DNA from: Bacteroidales bacterium
GTDB taxonomy: Bacteria > Bacteroidota > Bacteroidia > Bacteroidales > BM520
Direction of reading: 5' to 3'
DNA: 64,000 nucleotides
Assembly: GCA_050953245.1 (NCBI GenBank)
Contig: JBMNMG010000005.1
Span: 320,575-384,574, forward strand
Shown: positions 1-11,050 of the stretch, piece by piece
How the letters are laid out: each line of letters starts with the position of its first letter
How positions within the stretch are numbered: position 1 is the first letter of the stretch
Notes under the pieces: generated by a model
The model's database searches: none
What the model saw: the letters and a program-made list of their open reading frames with translations, nothing else
Told to the model about the DNA's origin: nothing
Program-made: the position numbers and the translations under genes

Positions 1-1
1 A

Positions 2-328
2 ATGAAAAAAACATTAAAAGATTTTCTAAAGATATTAGTTATTGTTGGTATTGCCGCTATAATAATGGCATTAATACCATCTAAAGCCAATAAAAACAAT
101 TATAGATTACCCCCGAGGGCAAATAAAGCTTCGTTTCATCAACTTTGTGTAGGATGTGATTTATGTGTAGTTTCGTGCCCTACAGGTGTTATGGAACCTG
201 CAAGTTTAGATGATGGATTACAAAGTTTTTTAAAACCGCATATGAATTTCAACAAAAGCAGATGCATAGGTTGTGGCAATTGCTATAACATTTGTCCGAC
301 CAATGCATTAAAACCTTTAAAAAAATAA
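2..328 (+). CDS. small 4Fe-4S dicluster-domain protein with N-terminal hydrophobic segment
   Basis: Two CxxCxxCxxxCP ferredoxin motifs (CVGCDLCVVSCP, CIGCGNCYNICP). ATG at position 2, so the upstream context is unseen. Confidence 0.6.
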   Translation: MKKTLKDFLKILVIVGIAAIIMALIPSKANKNNYRLPPRANKASFHQLCVGCDLCVVSCPTGVMEPASLDDGLQSFLKPHMNFNKSRCIGCGNCYNICPTNALKPLKK

Positions 329-335
329 ATAGAAT

Positions 336-1922
336 ATGAGAAAATTATCGTTAATATTACTTTTCTTGCCTTTAATGGCATTTGGTCAAATAGAAAAATC
401 AGATTGGGTGAATGGAGTTCCTGATGGTTGCACAACTATTACAGTTGGAAAAAATGCATCATCGGACGGAAGTGTATATACTTCGCATACGGATGATAGC
501 CACAGAACTCGTTCGAATTTTTTAATTCAACCGGCGAAAAAACATAAAAACGGAGAAACTGTAGAATTATTTAAAAGAGGGACTTGTGATACAACTCCAA
601 TGCCTACTTATTCTGCAATAAAAACAGGAGAAATTCCTCAAGTAAAATACACTTACGGATACATAAACTCTGCTTATCCTTGCATTAATGAAAAACAATT
701 GGCAATGGGAGAGTCAACATTTGGTGGCAGAGAAGAACTTATATCGGAAAACGGCTTAATAGATTGCGAACGTCTATGTATGTTATTGTTAGAAAGATGT
801 AGTACTGCAAGAGGAGCAATCTTAACAGCAGGAGAGTTGTTAAAAGAATACGGATGGATAGATGCAGGTGAATGTTTAACTATTGCAGATAAAACTGAAG
901 TTTGGCATTTAGAAATTGTAGGCCCCGGGAAAGGCAATAAAGGTGCAATTTGGTGTGCACAACGAGTTCCTGATGCTCATATCGCAGTTAACGCAAATGC
1001 AAGTACTATTAAGGAAATAGATATTTCCGATACTAAAAACTTTTTAGCTTCCGAAAATGTCTTTTCATATGCAGAAGAGCAAGGGTGGTGGAATCCTGAG
1101 GAAGAAGAATTTAGATGGTGTTATGCTTATGCTCCGCAATCCAGAACGGAAATAGCTTCCAGAAGAAGAGAATGGAGAGTGTATGATTTATTAGCTCCAT
1201 CGTTAGGGTTAGACCCACATGCCGAAAATTATCCGTTTTCCGTAAAACCGGACAAACCTGTAACATTGCAAGATTTAATTACAGTATTTTCCGACCAATA
1301 CGAAGGTACCGACTTTGACATGTGCAAAACATTAATAGTACCTGATGAGGATGGGAAAATGGAAATTTCGCCACTTGCAAATCCGCAAATGCCATACGAA
1401 ATGACTAAAATGTTACGTTTAAACGGTGGGTGGGGCGAATTAGGAGAACGCACCATATCGAGGTGGTACACGATGTATGCAACTATTATCCAATTAAGAG
1501 ATTTTATGCCCGACGAAGTTGGCGGTTTAGTTTGGCTTGCCTTAGACAACGTAGCAACATCTGTTTACGTACCGGTTTACAACTGTGTATCAGATCTTCC
1601 AAAAGAATACAAAACTTGCGGTCGTCAAACAGGTTTTAGTAGAGATGCTGCTTGGTGGGTATTCAACAGACTTGGCACATTAGCAGTTCATAGATGGGGT
1701 GATATGCGCTATGATTTAGCGGAAGTCTGGGGACCATTCCAAACTCAACTTATCGAGAATCAAAAAAATGTAGAAGAAAAAGCCTTAGAGTTACTTAAAA
1801 AAGATAAAAGCAAAGCTATAGAGTATTTAACTAACTATACAAACGAACAATGTAACGAGGCCTTAGAAAAAGCTTGGAAGTTAGGCGATCATCTTTGGAC
1901 AAAATATGATGAAAAGTGGTAA
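336..1922 (+). CDS. C69-family dipeptidase (secreted)
   Basis: Signal-like N-terminus followed by GCTTITVGKNASSDGSVYTSHTDD, typical of the N-terminal Cys nucleophile region of peptidase C69. 528 aa. Confidence 0.72.
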   Translation: MRKLSLILLFLPLMAFGQIEKSDWVNGVPDGCTTITVGKNASSDGSVYTSHTDDSHRTRSNFLIQPAKKHKNGETVELFKRGTCDTTPMPTYSAIKTGEIPQVKYTYGYINSAYPCINEKQLAMGESTFGGREELISENGLIDCERLCMLLLERCSTARGAILTAGELLKEYGWIDAGECLTIADKTEVWHLEIVGPGKGNKGAIWCAQRVPDAHIAVNANASTIKEIDISDTKNFLASENVFSYAEEQGWWNPEEEEFRWCYAYAPQSRTEIASRRREWRVYDLLAPSLGLDPHAENYPFSVKPDKPVTLQDLITVFSDQYEGTDFDMCKTLIVPDEDGKMEISPLANPQMPYEMTKMLRLNGGWGELGERTISRWYTMYATIIQLRDFMPDEVGGLVWLALDNVATSVYVPVYNCVSDLPKEYKTCGRQTGFSRDAAWWVFNRLGTLAVHRWGDMRYDLAEVWGPFQTQLIENQKNVEEKALELLKKDKSKAIEYLTNYTNEQCNEALEKAWKLGDHLWTKYDEKW

Positions 1923-1980
1923 TAAACATATTAAAAAAACATAAATAAATTTTAATATTTGTTTTTACTAATAAATAACT

Positions 1981-1988
1981 TATCTTTG
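1981..1988 (+). promoter_or_regulatory. Bacteroidota -7 box TATCTTTG (TAnnTTTG) upstream of rfbA
   Basis: Exact TAnnTTTG match 117 nt upstream of the rfbA ATG. It is the only such box in the 182-nt gap. Confidence 0.45.
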
Positions 1989-2104
1989 CATGATATAATG
2001 TTTTGCTGTATAAGTAAATGTTATGTTGTAAAATGTTGAAATACAAGGGTTTTGCTAATAAATGATACTATTGGTAGAAAGCGAAGCATGTCCAAAATTT
2101 TATA

Positions 2105-2983
2105 ATGAAAGGAATAGTATTAGCAGGAGGATCGGGAACAAGATTATATCCTATAACTAAAGGGATATCAAAACAATTAATACCAATATACGATAAACCT
2201 ATGGTTTATTATCCGGTATCAGTATTAATGCAAGCAGGCATCAGGGAAATCTTAATAATTTCAACACCTACTGATTTACCGGGATTTAAGCGCTTATTAG
2301 GCGATGGAAGCGATTACGGTGTTAAATTTGAATATGCAGAACAACCATCTCCCGATGGATTAGCTCAGGCCTTTATTATTGGTGAAGAGTTTATCGGAGA
2401 TAGTAATGTTTGCCTGGTATTGGGAGATAACATATTTCAAGGAAATGGCTTCGTTGATTTGTTAAAAGATGCAGTATTGGAAGTTGAACATAGTAACAAC
2501 GCTACAGTATTCGGATGTTGGGTTAAAGATCCGCAACGATACGGTGTAGTCGAAATAGATGAAAACTTAAATGCCTTAAGCATAGAGGAAAAGCCTAAAG
2601 AGCCAAAATCCAATTACGCAGTAGTTGGGTTATACTTTTACCCTAACGATGTAGTTAAATTTGCAAAAGAAGTTAAACCTTCAGCAAGAGGCGAATTGGA
2701 GATTACATCTGTCAACAAAATGTATTTAGACGCAAATAGATTAAAAGTTCAACTATTAAGTAAAGGCTTTGCTTGGTTAGATACAGGTACTCACGAATCT
2801 TTATCGGAAGCTTCAACATTTATAGAAGTTTTAGAAAAACGAACCGGTTTAAAAATAGCTTGCTTAGAGGAAATTGCCTACAACAACGGATGGATCAGTA
2901 ACGAAACTTTAAGAAAAGTAGCATCCGTTATGAAAAACAATGAGTATGGTCAATATCTGCTCCAATTAGCAAATAACAAATAA
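2105..2983 (+). CDS. rfbA: glucose-1-phosphate thymidylyltransferase
   Basis: [18 protein letters not shown]...[14 protein letters not shown] is the canonical RmlA N-terminus. 292 aa. Confidence 0.95.
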   Translation: MKGIVLAGGSGTRLYPITKGISKQLIPIYDKPMVYYPVSVLMQAGIREILIISTPTDLPGFKRLLGDGSDYGVKFEYAEQPSPDGLAQAFIIGEEFIGDSNVCLVLGDNIFQGNGFVDLLKDAVLEVEHSNNATVFGCWVKDPQRYGVVEIDENLNALSIEEKPKEPKSNYAVVGLYFYPNDVVKFAKEVKPSARGELEITSVNKMYLDANRLKVQLLSKGFAWLDTGTHESLSEASTFIEVLEKRTGLKIACLEEIAYNNGWISNETLRKVASVMKNNEYGQYLLQLANNK

Positions 2984-3014
2984 ATACAAAAAATTTAATT
3001 TATAAGATTTTTCT

Positions 3015-4070
3015 ATGAAAAGAATACTTATTACAGGCGGTGCAGGATTTATCGGAAGTAATTTAGTTAAGTATTTCTTAAAAAAATATAGTGATTATCA
3101 AATTATCAATTTAGATAAACTCACATATGCCGGTAATTTGGAAAACTTAAAAGATGTAGAAGATTATCCAAATTATACTTTTGTAAAAGCCGATATCTGC
3201 GATTTTGCAACTATCTTAAAAGTATTTGAGAAATACCAAATCACAGACGTAATTCATTTAGCAGCAGAAAGCCATGTAGATAGAAGCATTAAAGATCCGT
3301 TTACCTTTGCGCAAACTAACGTAATGGGGACATTAAGTTTATTACAAGCAGCAAAAGAAAAATGGAAAGGTAATTATGATACTCACCGCTTTTATCACGT
3401 ATCTACAGATGAGGTTTATGGAGCATTAGAATTCGATGGAACATTATTTACAGAAGAAACTAGCTACGACCCTCATTCGCCATACTCTGCAAGCAAAGCA
3501 TCTAGCGACCATTTTGTTAGAGCATTCCATGATACATACGACTTAAACGTAGTAATATCTAATTGTGCTAACAACTATGGTCCTTATCAATTTCCAGAAA
3601 AACTAATCCCCTTATTTATCAACAACATACTACATGGCAAGCAACTACCAGTTTATGGCAAAGGCGAAAACGTAAGAGATTGGCTTTACGTAGAAGACCA
3701 TGCAAGAGCAATAGACTTAGTGCTGCACAAAGGTAAAAAGGGCGAAACATACAACATAGGAGGCTTTAACGAATGGGCAAACATAGACCTAATAAAACTA
3801 CTAATTAAAGTAGTAGATAAGAAATTAGGCAACCCACAAGGCACCTCCGAAAAACTAATCACATACGTAACAGACAGAGCAGGCCACGACTTACGCTATG
3901 CCATAGACGCCTCTAAAATCAAAAACGAATTAGGATGGACACCATCATTACAATTCGAAGAAGGCATAGAAAAAACAGTAGATTGGTATCTAAACAACCA
4001 AGAATGGATGAAAAACGTAACAAGTGGCGACTATCAAAAGTACTATAAAGACATGTACGACAACAGATAA
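3015..4070 (+). CDS. rfbB: dTDP-glucose 4,6-dehydratase
   Basis: GGAGFIGSN Rossmann motif, YSASKASSDH (YxxxK) and RmlB-like length (351 aa). Directly follows rfbA. Confidence 0.95.
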   Translation: MKRILITGGAGFIGSNLVKYFLKKYSDYQIINLDKLTYAGNLENLKDVEDYPNYTFVKADICDFATILKVFEKYQITDVIHLAAESHVDRSIKDPFTFAQTNVMGTLSLLQAAKEKWKGNYDTHRFYHVSTDEVYGALEFDGTLFTEETSYDPHSPYSASKASSDHFVRAFHDTYDLNVVISNCANNYGPYQFPEKLIPLFINNILHGKQLPVYGKGENVRDWLYVEDHARAIDLVLHKGKKGETYNIGGFNEWANIDLIKLLIKVVDKKLGNPQGTSEKLITYVTDRAGHDLRYAIDASKIKNELGWTPSLQFEEGIEKTVDWYLNNQEWMKNVTSGDYQKYYKDMYDNR

Positions 4071-4088
4071 TAACAAAAATTTTAAAAT

Positions 4089-5057
4089 ATGAATATTCTA
4101 GTAACAGGAGGAGCAGGCTTTATTGGTTCCAATTTATGTGAAGAATTTTTACAGCAAGGATATAATGTTTTATGTTTAGATAATTTTGCAACAGGTAAAA
4201 TGGAAAACATTTTACCTTTTTTTACAAAATATGAAAAAACATTTAAACTACAAGTTGGAGATATAAGAAACTATGCAGATTGCGAAAAAGCAGTAGAAGG
4301 CATAGATTATGTTTTTCATGAAGCAGCTTTAGGTTCTGTACCACGTTCTATTAAAGATCCTATAACTACAAATGCAGTTAATATATCTGGATTTTTAAAT
4401 ATGTTACAAGCCAGTACTAAAGCTAAAGTAAAACGTTTTATTTATGCTGCAAGTTCATCTACTTATGGAGATAGCGAAAAACTACCAAAAGTAGAAGATG
4501 TTATTGGAAGACCATTATCTCCATACGCAATTACTAAATATGTAAACGAACTATATGCAGATGTTTTCCATAAAACATACGGAATAGATTGTATAGGATT
4601 ACGTTACTTTAATGTATTTGGAAGACGACAAGACCCTCATGGTGCATATGCTGCAGTAATCCCATTATTTGTAAAGAAATTTATGAAACATGAATCTCCA
4701 ATAATTAATGGTGATGGAGAATATAGCAGAGACTTTACATATATAGATAACGTTATTCAAATGAACTTATTGGCAATGAAAACTACTAACCCAAAAGCTT
4801 TAAACCAAGTTTACAATACAGCATTTGGCGAAAGAACAACATTAAATGAATTAGTAACACTACTAAAGAAAAACTTAAGTAAATTTGATAGCGAAATTGC
4901 AAATATAGAAGCAGTTCATGGACCTAACCGCCCAGGAGATATCCCACATTCATTAGCAAGTATAGACAAAGCAAAAGAACTATTAGGATATGATCCACAA
5001 TTTTCTATGGCAAAAGGTTTAGAAAAAAGCTGCGAATGGTACTGGAATAACCTATAA
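4089..5057 (+). CDS. NAD-dependent sugar-nucleotide 4-epimerase (WbpP/TviC-like)
   Basis: GGAGFIGSNL and YAITKYVNE (YxxxK) mark an extended SDR. Paired with a TviB/WbpO-like dehydrogenase downstream. Confidence 0.7.
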   Translation: MNILVTGGAGFIGSNLCEEFLQQGYNVLCLDNFATGKMENILPFFTKYEKTFKLQVGDIRNYADCEKAVEGIDYVFHEAALGSVPRSIKDPITTNAVNISGFLNMLQASTKAKVKRFIYAASSSTYGDSEKLPKVEDVIGRPLSPYAITKYVNELYADVFHKTYGIDCIGLRYFNVFGRRQDPHGAYAAVIPLFVKKFMKHESPIINGDGEYSRDFTYIDNVIQMNLLAMKTTNPKALNQVYNTAFGERTTLNELVTLLKKNLSKFDSEIANIEAVHGPNRPGDIPHSLASIDKAKELLGYDPQFSMAKGLEKSCEWYWNNL

Positions 5058-5103
5058 ATTGAAAATAAATATATAAAATTACCATAAAAATCCAACGACT
5101 ATT

Positions 5104-6387
5104 ATGATAGAAAAGAAATTAGCAGATATTAAAATATGTGTTATTGGTTTAGGATATGTAGGACTACCATTAGCACGTTTATTTAGCACAAAATTTAAAA
5201 CTGTAGGTTTTGACTTAAGCCAACCTAGAGTAGACGAATTAATGAGAGGAATAGATAGTACATTAGAAGTAGATAATAAACTATTAAAAGAAGCTATAGA
5301 TAAAAATGGTTTTAAATGCACTACAAATATAGAAGAAATTAAAGATTGCAACTTTTACATAGTTGCAGTACCTACACCAGTAGATAAAAACAATAATCCA
5401 GACTTAACCCCATTAATTGGAGCAAGTACAACAGTAGGTAAAGTTATATCTAAAGGTGATATAGTAGTTTACGAATCTACAGTTTATCCAGGAGTAACAG
5501 AAGACGAATGCTTACCAGTAGTAGAAAAAGTTAGTGGTTTAAAATTTAACAAAGACTTTTTTGCTGGCTACAGCCCAGAACGTATAAACCCTGGTGATAA
5601 ACAACATACAGTTGAAAAAATTAAAAAAGTTACATCAGGAAGCACACCAGAAATTGGTAAAATAATAAACGATGTATATTCATCTGTAATAATTGCAGGA
5701 ACACACTTAGCCCCAACAATTAAAGTTGCAGAAGCTGCCAAAGTTATAGAAAACTCACAAAGAGATATAAATATTGCTTTTGTAAATGAACTAGCAAAAA
5801 TATTTAACAAAATGAATATAGACACACAAGCAGTATTAGAAGCAGCAGGAACAAAATGGAACTTTTTAGCATTTAGACCAGGCTTAGTTGGTGGTCACTG
5901 TATAGGTGTAGACCCATACTATTTAGCACAATCTGCACAAAGATTAGGATACAATCCTGAAATTATATTAGCAGGAAGAAGAATGAACGATGGAATGGGT
6001 GAATATGTAGCAGATCAAGTAATTAAACTAATGTTAAAAAAAGGAATTCAAGTATTAGGCTCAAAAATATTAGTATTAGGATTTACATTTAAAGAAAACT
6101 GCCCAGACGTTAGAAATACAAAAGTAGTAGATATTGTAAAAACATTACAAGAATACAATGCAGATATAACAGTACACGATCCATGGGTTAACCATGACGT
6201 TGCATTACACGAATACGGTGTAGACGTATTAAACAAATTACCAAATGAAAAATATGATGCAGTAGTTTTAGCAGTAGCACATGATAAATTTAATAATCTA
6301 GACTTAGAATCTATAACAAAAGATCTAAACGTAGTATACGACGTAAAATGGATTCTAGAAGAAGACGAAGTAGACGGAAGATTATAA
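5104..6387 (+). CDS. UDP-N-acetyl-hexosamine 6-dehydrogenase (TviB/WbpO/Cap5O-like nucleotide-sugar dehydrogenase)
   Basis: ICVIGLGYVGLPLA NAD-binding motif and GGHCIGVDP catalytic-Cys motif. 427 aa. Confidence 0.8.
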   Translation: MIEKKLADIKICVIGLGYVGLPLARLFSTKFKTVGFDLSQPRVDELMRGIDSTLEVDNKLLKEAIDKNGFKCTTNIEEIKDCNFYIVAVPTPVDKNNNPDLTPLIGASTTVGKVISKGDIVVYESTVYPGVTEDECLPVVEKVSGLKFNKDFFAGYSPERINPGDKQHTVEKIKKVTSGSTPEIGKIINDVYSSVIIAGTHLAPTIKVAEAAKVIENSQRDINIAFVNELAKIFNKMNIDTQAVLEAAGTKWNFLAFRPGLVGGHCIGVDPYYLAQSAQRLGYNPEIILAGRRMNDGMGEYVADQVIKLMLKKGIQVLGSKILVLGFTFKENCPDVRNTKVVDIVKTLQEYNADITVHDPWVNHDVALHEYGVDVLNKLPNEKYDAVVLAVAHDKFNNLDLESITKDLNVVYDVKWILEEDEVDGRL

Positions 6388-6425
6388 AAAAATAAAGAAA
6401 ATAGTTAAGAAAGATTATTTTTATA

Positions 6426-7895
6426 ATGGGATTAAAACAAAAGACACTAACAGGTTTTCTTTGGTCATCTGCTGGCACACTAGGTAATGGAATCATTAGT
6501 TTAATAGTAACTATGATTCTTGCTAGGATTTTGACACCATCTGATTTTGCTCTAATTGCTCTTTTACAAGTTTTTCTTACAATATCAAATGTTGTTGTTG
6601 ATAGTGGTTTTTCTCAAGCAATAATTAGGGATGATAATCCAAGTAAAACAGATCTATCATCAGTATTTTATTTTAATATACTATTATCCTTAACGATTTA
6701 TATAATACTTTATCTTTTAGCACCTAAAATCAGTCTATTTTATGATTCTCCGGAATTGATCAAATTATCAAGAGTTGTTTTTCTGGTTATAATATTTAAT
6801 TCCTTTTCTTTAATACAAAATGCAACATTAAATAGAAACTTAAATTTTGCAACATTAAATAAATGTTCAGTTTTAGGAAGTTTATTTGCAGGAGTAATTT
6901 CTATAATAATGGCATTTTCTGGTTTGGGTATTTGGGCATTAGTTGCTAATAGTGTATTACTCCCATTCTTTAGAAGTATTTTACTTTGGTATTATTCAAA
7001 GTGGAGACCAATAATAAATTTCAGTTTTAAATCAATAAAAAGATATTTAGGTTTTGGAATATTTTTAATGTTTCAAGGAGTTATTGATGCTATATCTACA
7101 AATTTAATAACTTTGGTTATTGGTAAAGTATATACAAAAAATGAATTAGGATATTATTCGCAAGGAAAGAAATTAGATGGTTATATTGTTACACCATTTA
7201 ATACAATTATTCAAAAAGTAACTTATCCAATACTTGCAAAAATAAAAAATGAAGAAACAAGAATAAAAGATGCTTATAGACAAATTGTCGGAGTTGTTAT
7301 GTTTGCATTTATACCAGTAATGTTATTTACAATTTTTACATCTAAAAATATGATTATAATTTTTTTTGGTGATCAATGGGGACCTGCTGGCATTTATTTA
7401 AAAATTGTAGCTATAAGTCAAATTTTATTTCCTTTACAAATTGTTTGTACTAATGTAGTAATGTTAAAAGGAAAAACAAATATAATGTTGTATTTTTCTT
7501 TCATTAAACATGGCCTTAGAATTGGACTTGTTTTTGCATTTATTAATCATGGAGTTTTATATTTAGCTATTGTTTTTGCTTTATCTACAATAATTGGAAG
7601 TATATTATTTATTGTTTTAGGAATGAAACTTTTAAAGTATTCATTTTCAGAATTGATTAAAGATTTATACAAAACTATTATTAGTTCTTTCATATCTATT
7701 ACTATTGTAGGATTAGTAGGATATTTGTTATCGGCAAGTAATACTATTGTTATTTTTATAATTCAGGCTATAGTTATGTCATTGATTTATATCTTATTTT
7801 CAATCATATTAAAGGATAAAAGTTTGAAAGAATTAATTAGCTTAATTAAAACAACATTATCTATGATTTTATCTAAAACAAAGACATTACATTAA
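6426..7895 (+). CDS. wzx: Wzx-type oligosaccharide flippase (MOP superfamily)
   Basis: 489 aa, multi-spanning membrane protein with a polysaccharide-biosynthesis-protein-like N-terminus. Sits in a glycan locus. Confidence 0.72.
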   Translation: MGLKQKTLTGFLWSSAGTLGNGIISLIVTMILARILTPSDFALIALLQVFLTISNVVVDSGFSQAIIRDDNPSKTDLSSVFYFNILLSLTIYIILYLLAPKISLFYDSPELIKLSRVVFLVIIFNSFSLIQNATLNRNLNFATLNKCSVLGSLFAGVISIIMAFSGLGIWALVANSVLLPFFRSILLWYYSKWRPIINFSFKSIKRYLGFGIFLMFQGVIDAISTNLITLVIGKVYTKNELGYYSQGKKLDGYIVTPFNTIIQKVTYPILAKIKNEETRIKDAYRQIVGVVMFAFIPVMLFTIFTSKNMIIIFFGDQWGPAGIYLKIVAISQILFPLQIVCTNVVMLKGKTNIMLYFSFIKHGLRIGLVFAFINHGVLYLAIVFALSTIIGSILFIVLGMKLLKYSFSELIKDLYKTIISSFISITIVGLVGYLLSASNTIVIFIIQAIVMSLIYILFSIILKDKSLKELISLIKTTLSMILSKTKTLH

Positions 7896-7937
7896 GAATT
7901 ATAATAACATAGAAACATTATCAATAATATTTAATTT

Positions 7938-8456
7938 ATGATACGTAAATATTTTTTTCTTATATTTTATAGATGCTTTGCACAATATCTACCGTTATCT
8001 GGAAAATGTCCATTTGCAAAAAAAATAAGATATTTATGTGCAAAAAATATATTTAAACACTGTGGTGAAAATGTCAATATTGAACGTAAAGCATATTTTG
8101 GTACAGGATTTGATCTATCAATTGGAGATAATTCTGGACTTGGTGTTAATTGTAAAGTACCATCAGACATTACAATTGGTGAAAATGTTTTAATGGGTCC
8201 TAATTGTTATATTTTTAGTAAATCAACGCATGAATTTTCACGCACAGATATCCCTATAAGGTTACAAGGAAGAAAAATTTCCAATAAAAAAACAATAATT
8301 GAAGATGATGTATGGATTGGAAGAGATGTTTTAATAAATCATGGAAGAAAAGTTTCTACAGGAACAATTATTGCGGCTAGATCGGTTGTAACTAAAGATT
8401 ATCCCGCATATACAATTATAGGTGGCAATCCAGCTAAGTTAATTAGAAGCAGATGA
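7938..8456 (+). CDS. hexapeptide-repeat (LbH) O-acetyltransferase
   Basis: Left-handed beta-helix repeats (IGDNSGLGVNCKV, IGENVLMGPNC, VWIGRDVLINHG) and a C-terminal IIGGNPAKLI. Confidence 0.75.
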   Translation: MIRKYFFLIFYRCFAQYLPLSGKCPFAKKIRYLCAKNIFKHCGENVNIERKAYFGTGFDLSIGDNSGLGVNCKVPSDITIGENVLMGPNCYIFSKSTHEFSRTDIPIRLQGRKISNKKTIIEDDVWIGRDVLINHGRKVSTGTIIAARSVVTKDYPAYTIIGGNPAKLIRSR

Positions 8457-8503
8457 TTTAAAAATCTTAATTATTTGTTAACAACATAATTTCTTATGCA
8501 GAT

Positions 8504-9931
8504 ATGAAACTTAGAGTAATTCTATTAATAGTTGCTTCATTATTTAATTTGATATTTTGGTTTGGCGAATATCATGTTATTAATGATATTGCAATGATTT
8601 TTCCATTGATTTCAATAGTATTATCTGTTTTATATATTTTACCGAAAAAAATTAAGGGACAATTTGAAATCAAAATATTTTATATACTAATAGCTGGTAT
8701 TTTATTTTATAATAGTCCTCTTTACTTTAAAGCACTTTTTAATTCTAAAGAAGCATTAAATGTTTTGTTGTATTATAGAATTAAACAAAGTTTTTTCGTT
8801 AAAGCTAATTTACTTTTAGGTGTTAGTCTTCCATTGATTACAGCTGGTTATTTAATTGAAGTCGAAAAAGCAAAAACGATTCAAAATCAATTCAAGAATA
8901 ATTTATATAAATTAAGAACAGAGAATTTAGGTATATATTCAATATTTGCATTAATATTTTTAGTTCTTTCCATTAGCAAAACAGGTTTAACGATAGGTTC
9001 TACATATATTGGCAGTAGTTCTGGCTATTATATGCCACTTATTAGAATGATTTATTTAATTGGAACTATAATATTCTTTAATAGAATGTTGTTAAACAAG
9101 TTTAAAATTAAATTTAAAAATTTACAAAAAGATGAGGTTTTTGCATTCGTAATAATTTTAATGTTTATTATTTATGTTTTAATTGGCGGTGATCGAGGTC
9201 CTGCTTTTAATACAATGTTAATATTAGTGTTTGGACTATTATTAATGCAAAGAATGACCATAAAAAAAAGGTATATTATAATTGGCTTAATAGGTATAGT
9301 AATTTTTTATAATTTATTTAAATTTATCGAAATTTTAAGACTTGTAGAAGATGATGATTTAAATAAAGAAGTTGTACAGTCAGTTTTTTATTCCTTTAAA
9401 GACTATAAGGATTCTAACAATGTTTCAGGAACAAATATTAGAACTACTAGCGTTGCAATTGAAGGTATAGAAAATAATTTATATCCACATACTTATGGCT
9501 TGTTTTTTTTACAAGCAGTAGTCCGAGGAATCCCTTATATTGGAAACAAGATAGTAGAATTATTTGTAAGTGAGAATTCAATTTTTTATGCAGGTAGTGC
9601 AAGATTAATTACTATTCAAATTTCTGGGTTTGATTATACTTCTGGGTTAGGCACATCTTATTTGGCTGATACTTATATAGAATTTGGTCTTATAGGTGTT
9701 GTTTTAATATCATTTTTATTTGGGATATTAACAGGTATGTTTGAAAATAAAATTAAAACTTTAAGTTTTAAAAGTTTTTCAGATTTTTTAATTGTTGTAA
9801 TTTTTGTATCTACTTCCTTTTATGTAGGAAGAGGTATACTAGGTGGTTTTGTTGTTAATTTTATTCACACTTGGTTTTATTATATTATTATAAAAATTTT
9901 AATAAAACCATTTAAAATAAATTATCATTAA
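8504..9931 (+). CDS. Wzy-like repeat-unit polymerase (polytopic membrane protein)
   Basis: 475 aa, about 10 or more hydrophobic segments, very low GC. Located between the flippase and the glycosyltransferases. No specific motif recognised. Confidence 0.45.
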   Translation: MKLRVILLIVASLFNLIFWFGEYHVINDIAMIFPLISIVLSVLYILPKKIKGQFEIKIFYILIAGILFYNSPLYFKALFNSKEALNVLLYYRIKQSFFVKANLLLGVSLPLITAGYLIEVEKAKTIQNQFKNNLYKLRTENLGIYSIFALIFLVLSISKTGLTIGSTYIGSSSGYYMPLIRMIYLIGTIIFFNRMLLNKFKIKFKNLQKDEVFAFVIILMFIIYVLIGGDRGPAFNTMLILVFGLLLMQRMTIKKRYIIIGLIGIVIFYNLFKFIEILRLVEDDDLNKEVVQSVFYSFKDYKDSNNVSGTNIRTTSVAIEGIENNLYPHTYGLFFLQAVVRGIPYIGNKIVELFVSENSIFYAGSARLITIQISGFDYTSGLGTSYLADTYIEFGLIGVVLISFLFGILTGMFENKIKTLSFKSFSDFLIVVIFVSTSFYVGRGILGGFVVNFIHTWFYYIIIKILIKPFKINYH

Positions 9932-9934
9932 ATT

Positions 9935-10993
9935 ATGAAAAAAATACTTGTAACAGTCCCTACATTAGGAGCAGGAGGAATGGAACGTGCAGCTTTAAAT
10001 TTTGCCATCATGTTATCTCGCCAAAATATTGAGGTTAAATTGTTTTTAATATCATCAAACACAATATCATATAATATTCCAGATGATATTGATGTATTTT
10101 ATGGAAAAAAGAAAGTTTCAAACAAGCTATTAATTCCTATATCACTATATAAACTTAGAAAAGTTACAAAGAAATTTAAACCTGATTTTGTTTTAAGTTT
10201 CTCTGGCAAGTTAAGTTCTTATGTAATATTGGCCTTAAAAGGTGTGAATGACAAAGTTATACCCTTTCATAGATCTAGTCCATACAGAACATATGGTTTT
10301 TTTAATAACTTATTAAACGAAATGGTTTTTCCTAAATGTAAAGCATTAGTCGTTCAAACATATAAAGCCAAGAGTTTCTTTAAGGATAAATATGGTAACA
10401 AAAACATTTTAGTAATACCTAATCCTGTTAGAGAAATCTTTATTGATGAAAATATAAAAAAAGAAAAAATAATACTTAGTGTTTCTAGATTGGTAAAAGG
10501 TAAGGGATTAAAACAATTAATTGATATTTTTAGCAAAATTAAGGATAAAGAATGGAAGTTATATATATTAGGTAAAGGTTATCTTAGAAATGAATTAAAT
10601 CAACATATAAAAGAATTAAAACTTGAAAGTCAGGTAAAATTACTTGGATTTAAACAAAACATAGATTATTATCTTTCTTTAGCTTCGATTTTTGCTTTTA
10701 CATCAGAATCTGAGGGATATCCTAATGCCTTATTAGAAGCTATGGCAGCAGGTTTACCTTGTATAAGTTTTGATTGTCCTACAGGACCGAATGAGATTAT
10801 TGACGATGGAGTCAATGGCTTTTTAGTACCATTGGGTGATCAGAAACAATATATAGATAAATTAATTAAGTTAATCGATAATAAAGAATTAAGAATTAAA
10901 TTTTCAGAAGAAGCTAAAAAATTAAAGGAAACAAATTCACTTGAGAATATTTCAAATATGCTTATTAATGGTTTGGAAAATCTTTTAGATTGA
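9935..10993 (+). CDS. GT4-family glycosyltransferase
   Basis: GT-B C-terminal EX7E region (SESEGYPNALLEAMAAGLPCIS). Confidence 0.85.
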   Translation: MKKILVTVPTLGAGGMERAALNFAIMLSRQNIEVKLFLISSNTISYNIPDDIDVFYGKKKVSNKLLIPISLYKLRKVTKKFKPDFVLSFSGKLSSYVILALKGVNDKVIPFHRSSPYRTYGFFNNLLNEMVFPKCKALVVQTYKAKSFFKDKYGNKNILVIPNPVREIFIDENIKKEKIILSVSRLVKGKGLKQLIDIFSKIKDKEWKLYILGKGYLRNELNQHIKELKLESQVKLLGFKQNIDYYLSLASIFAFTSESEGYPNALLEAMAAGLPCISFDCPTGPNEIIDDGVNGFLVPLGDQKQYIDKLIKLIDNKELRIKFSEEAKKLKETNSLENISNMLINGLENLLD

Positions 10994-11050
10994 AATAAAT
11001 AATGTATAAATATAATTCTTGCATATAAATTATTTTATAAAGAAAAAAAT

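Noticed and set aside
674-937. Numerous 60-130-aa antisense or out-of-frame ORFs inside confident genes, for example 674..937(-), 1229..1549(-), 5568..5825(-), 22776..23174(-), 25258..25650(-), 36935..37258(-), 55103..55435(-)
   Set aside because: Each lies wholly within a well-supported gene on the other strand or in another frame. Their composition is that of shadow ORFs, and none has a motif.
1923-2104. Invertible-promoter or UpxY-type regulation at the head of the polysaccharide locus
   Set aside because: No flanking inverted repeats, recombinase gene or upxY/upxZ-like ORFs are visible. There is only a single promoter box and a 117-nt leader with AATGTT repeats.
7375-9515. Homopolymer tracts (T8 at ~7370 and ~9505, A8 at ~9263) in wzx/wzy as phase-variation switches
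   Set aside because: Runs of 7-8 A/T are expected at this base composition, and all tracked frames are intact. Without population data there is no support.
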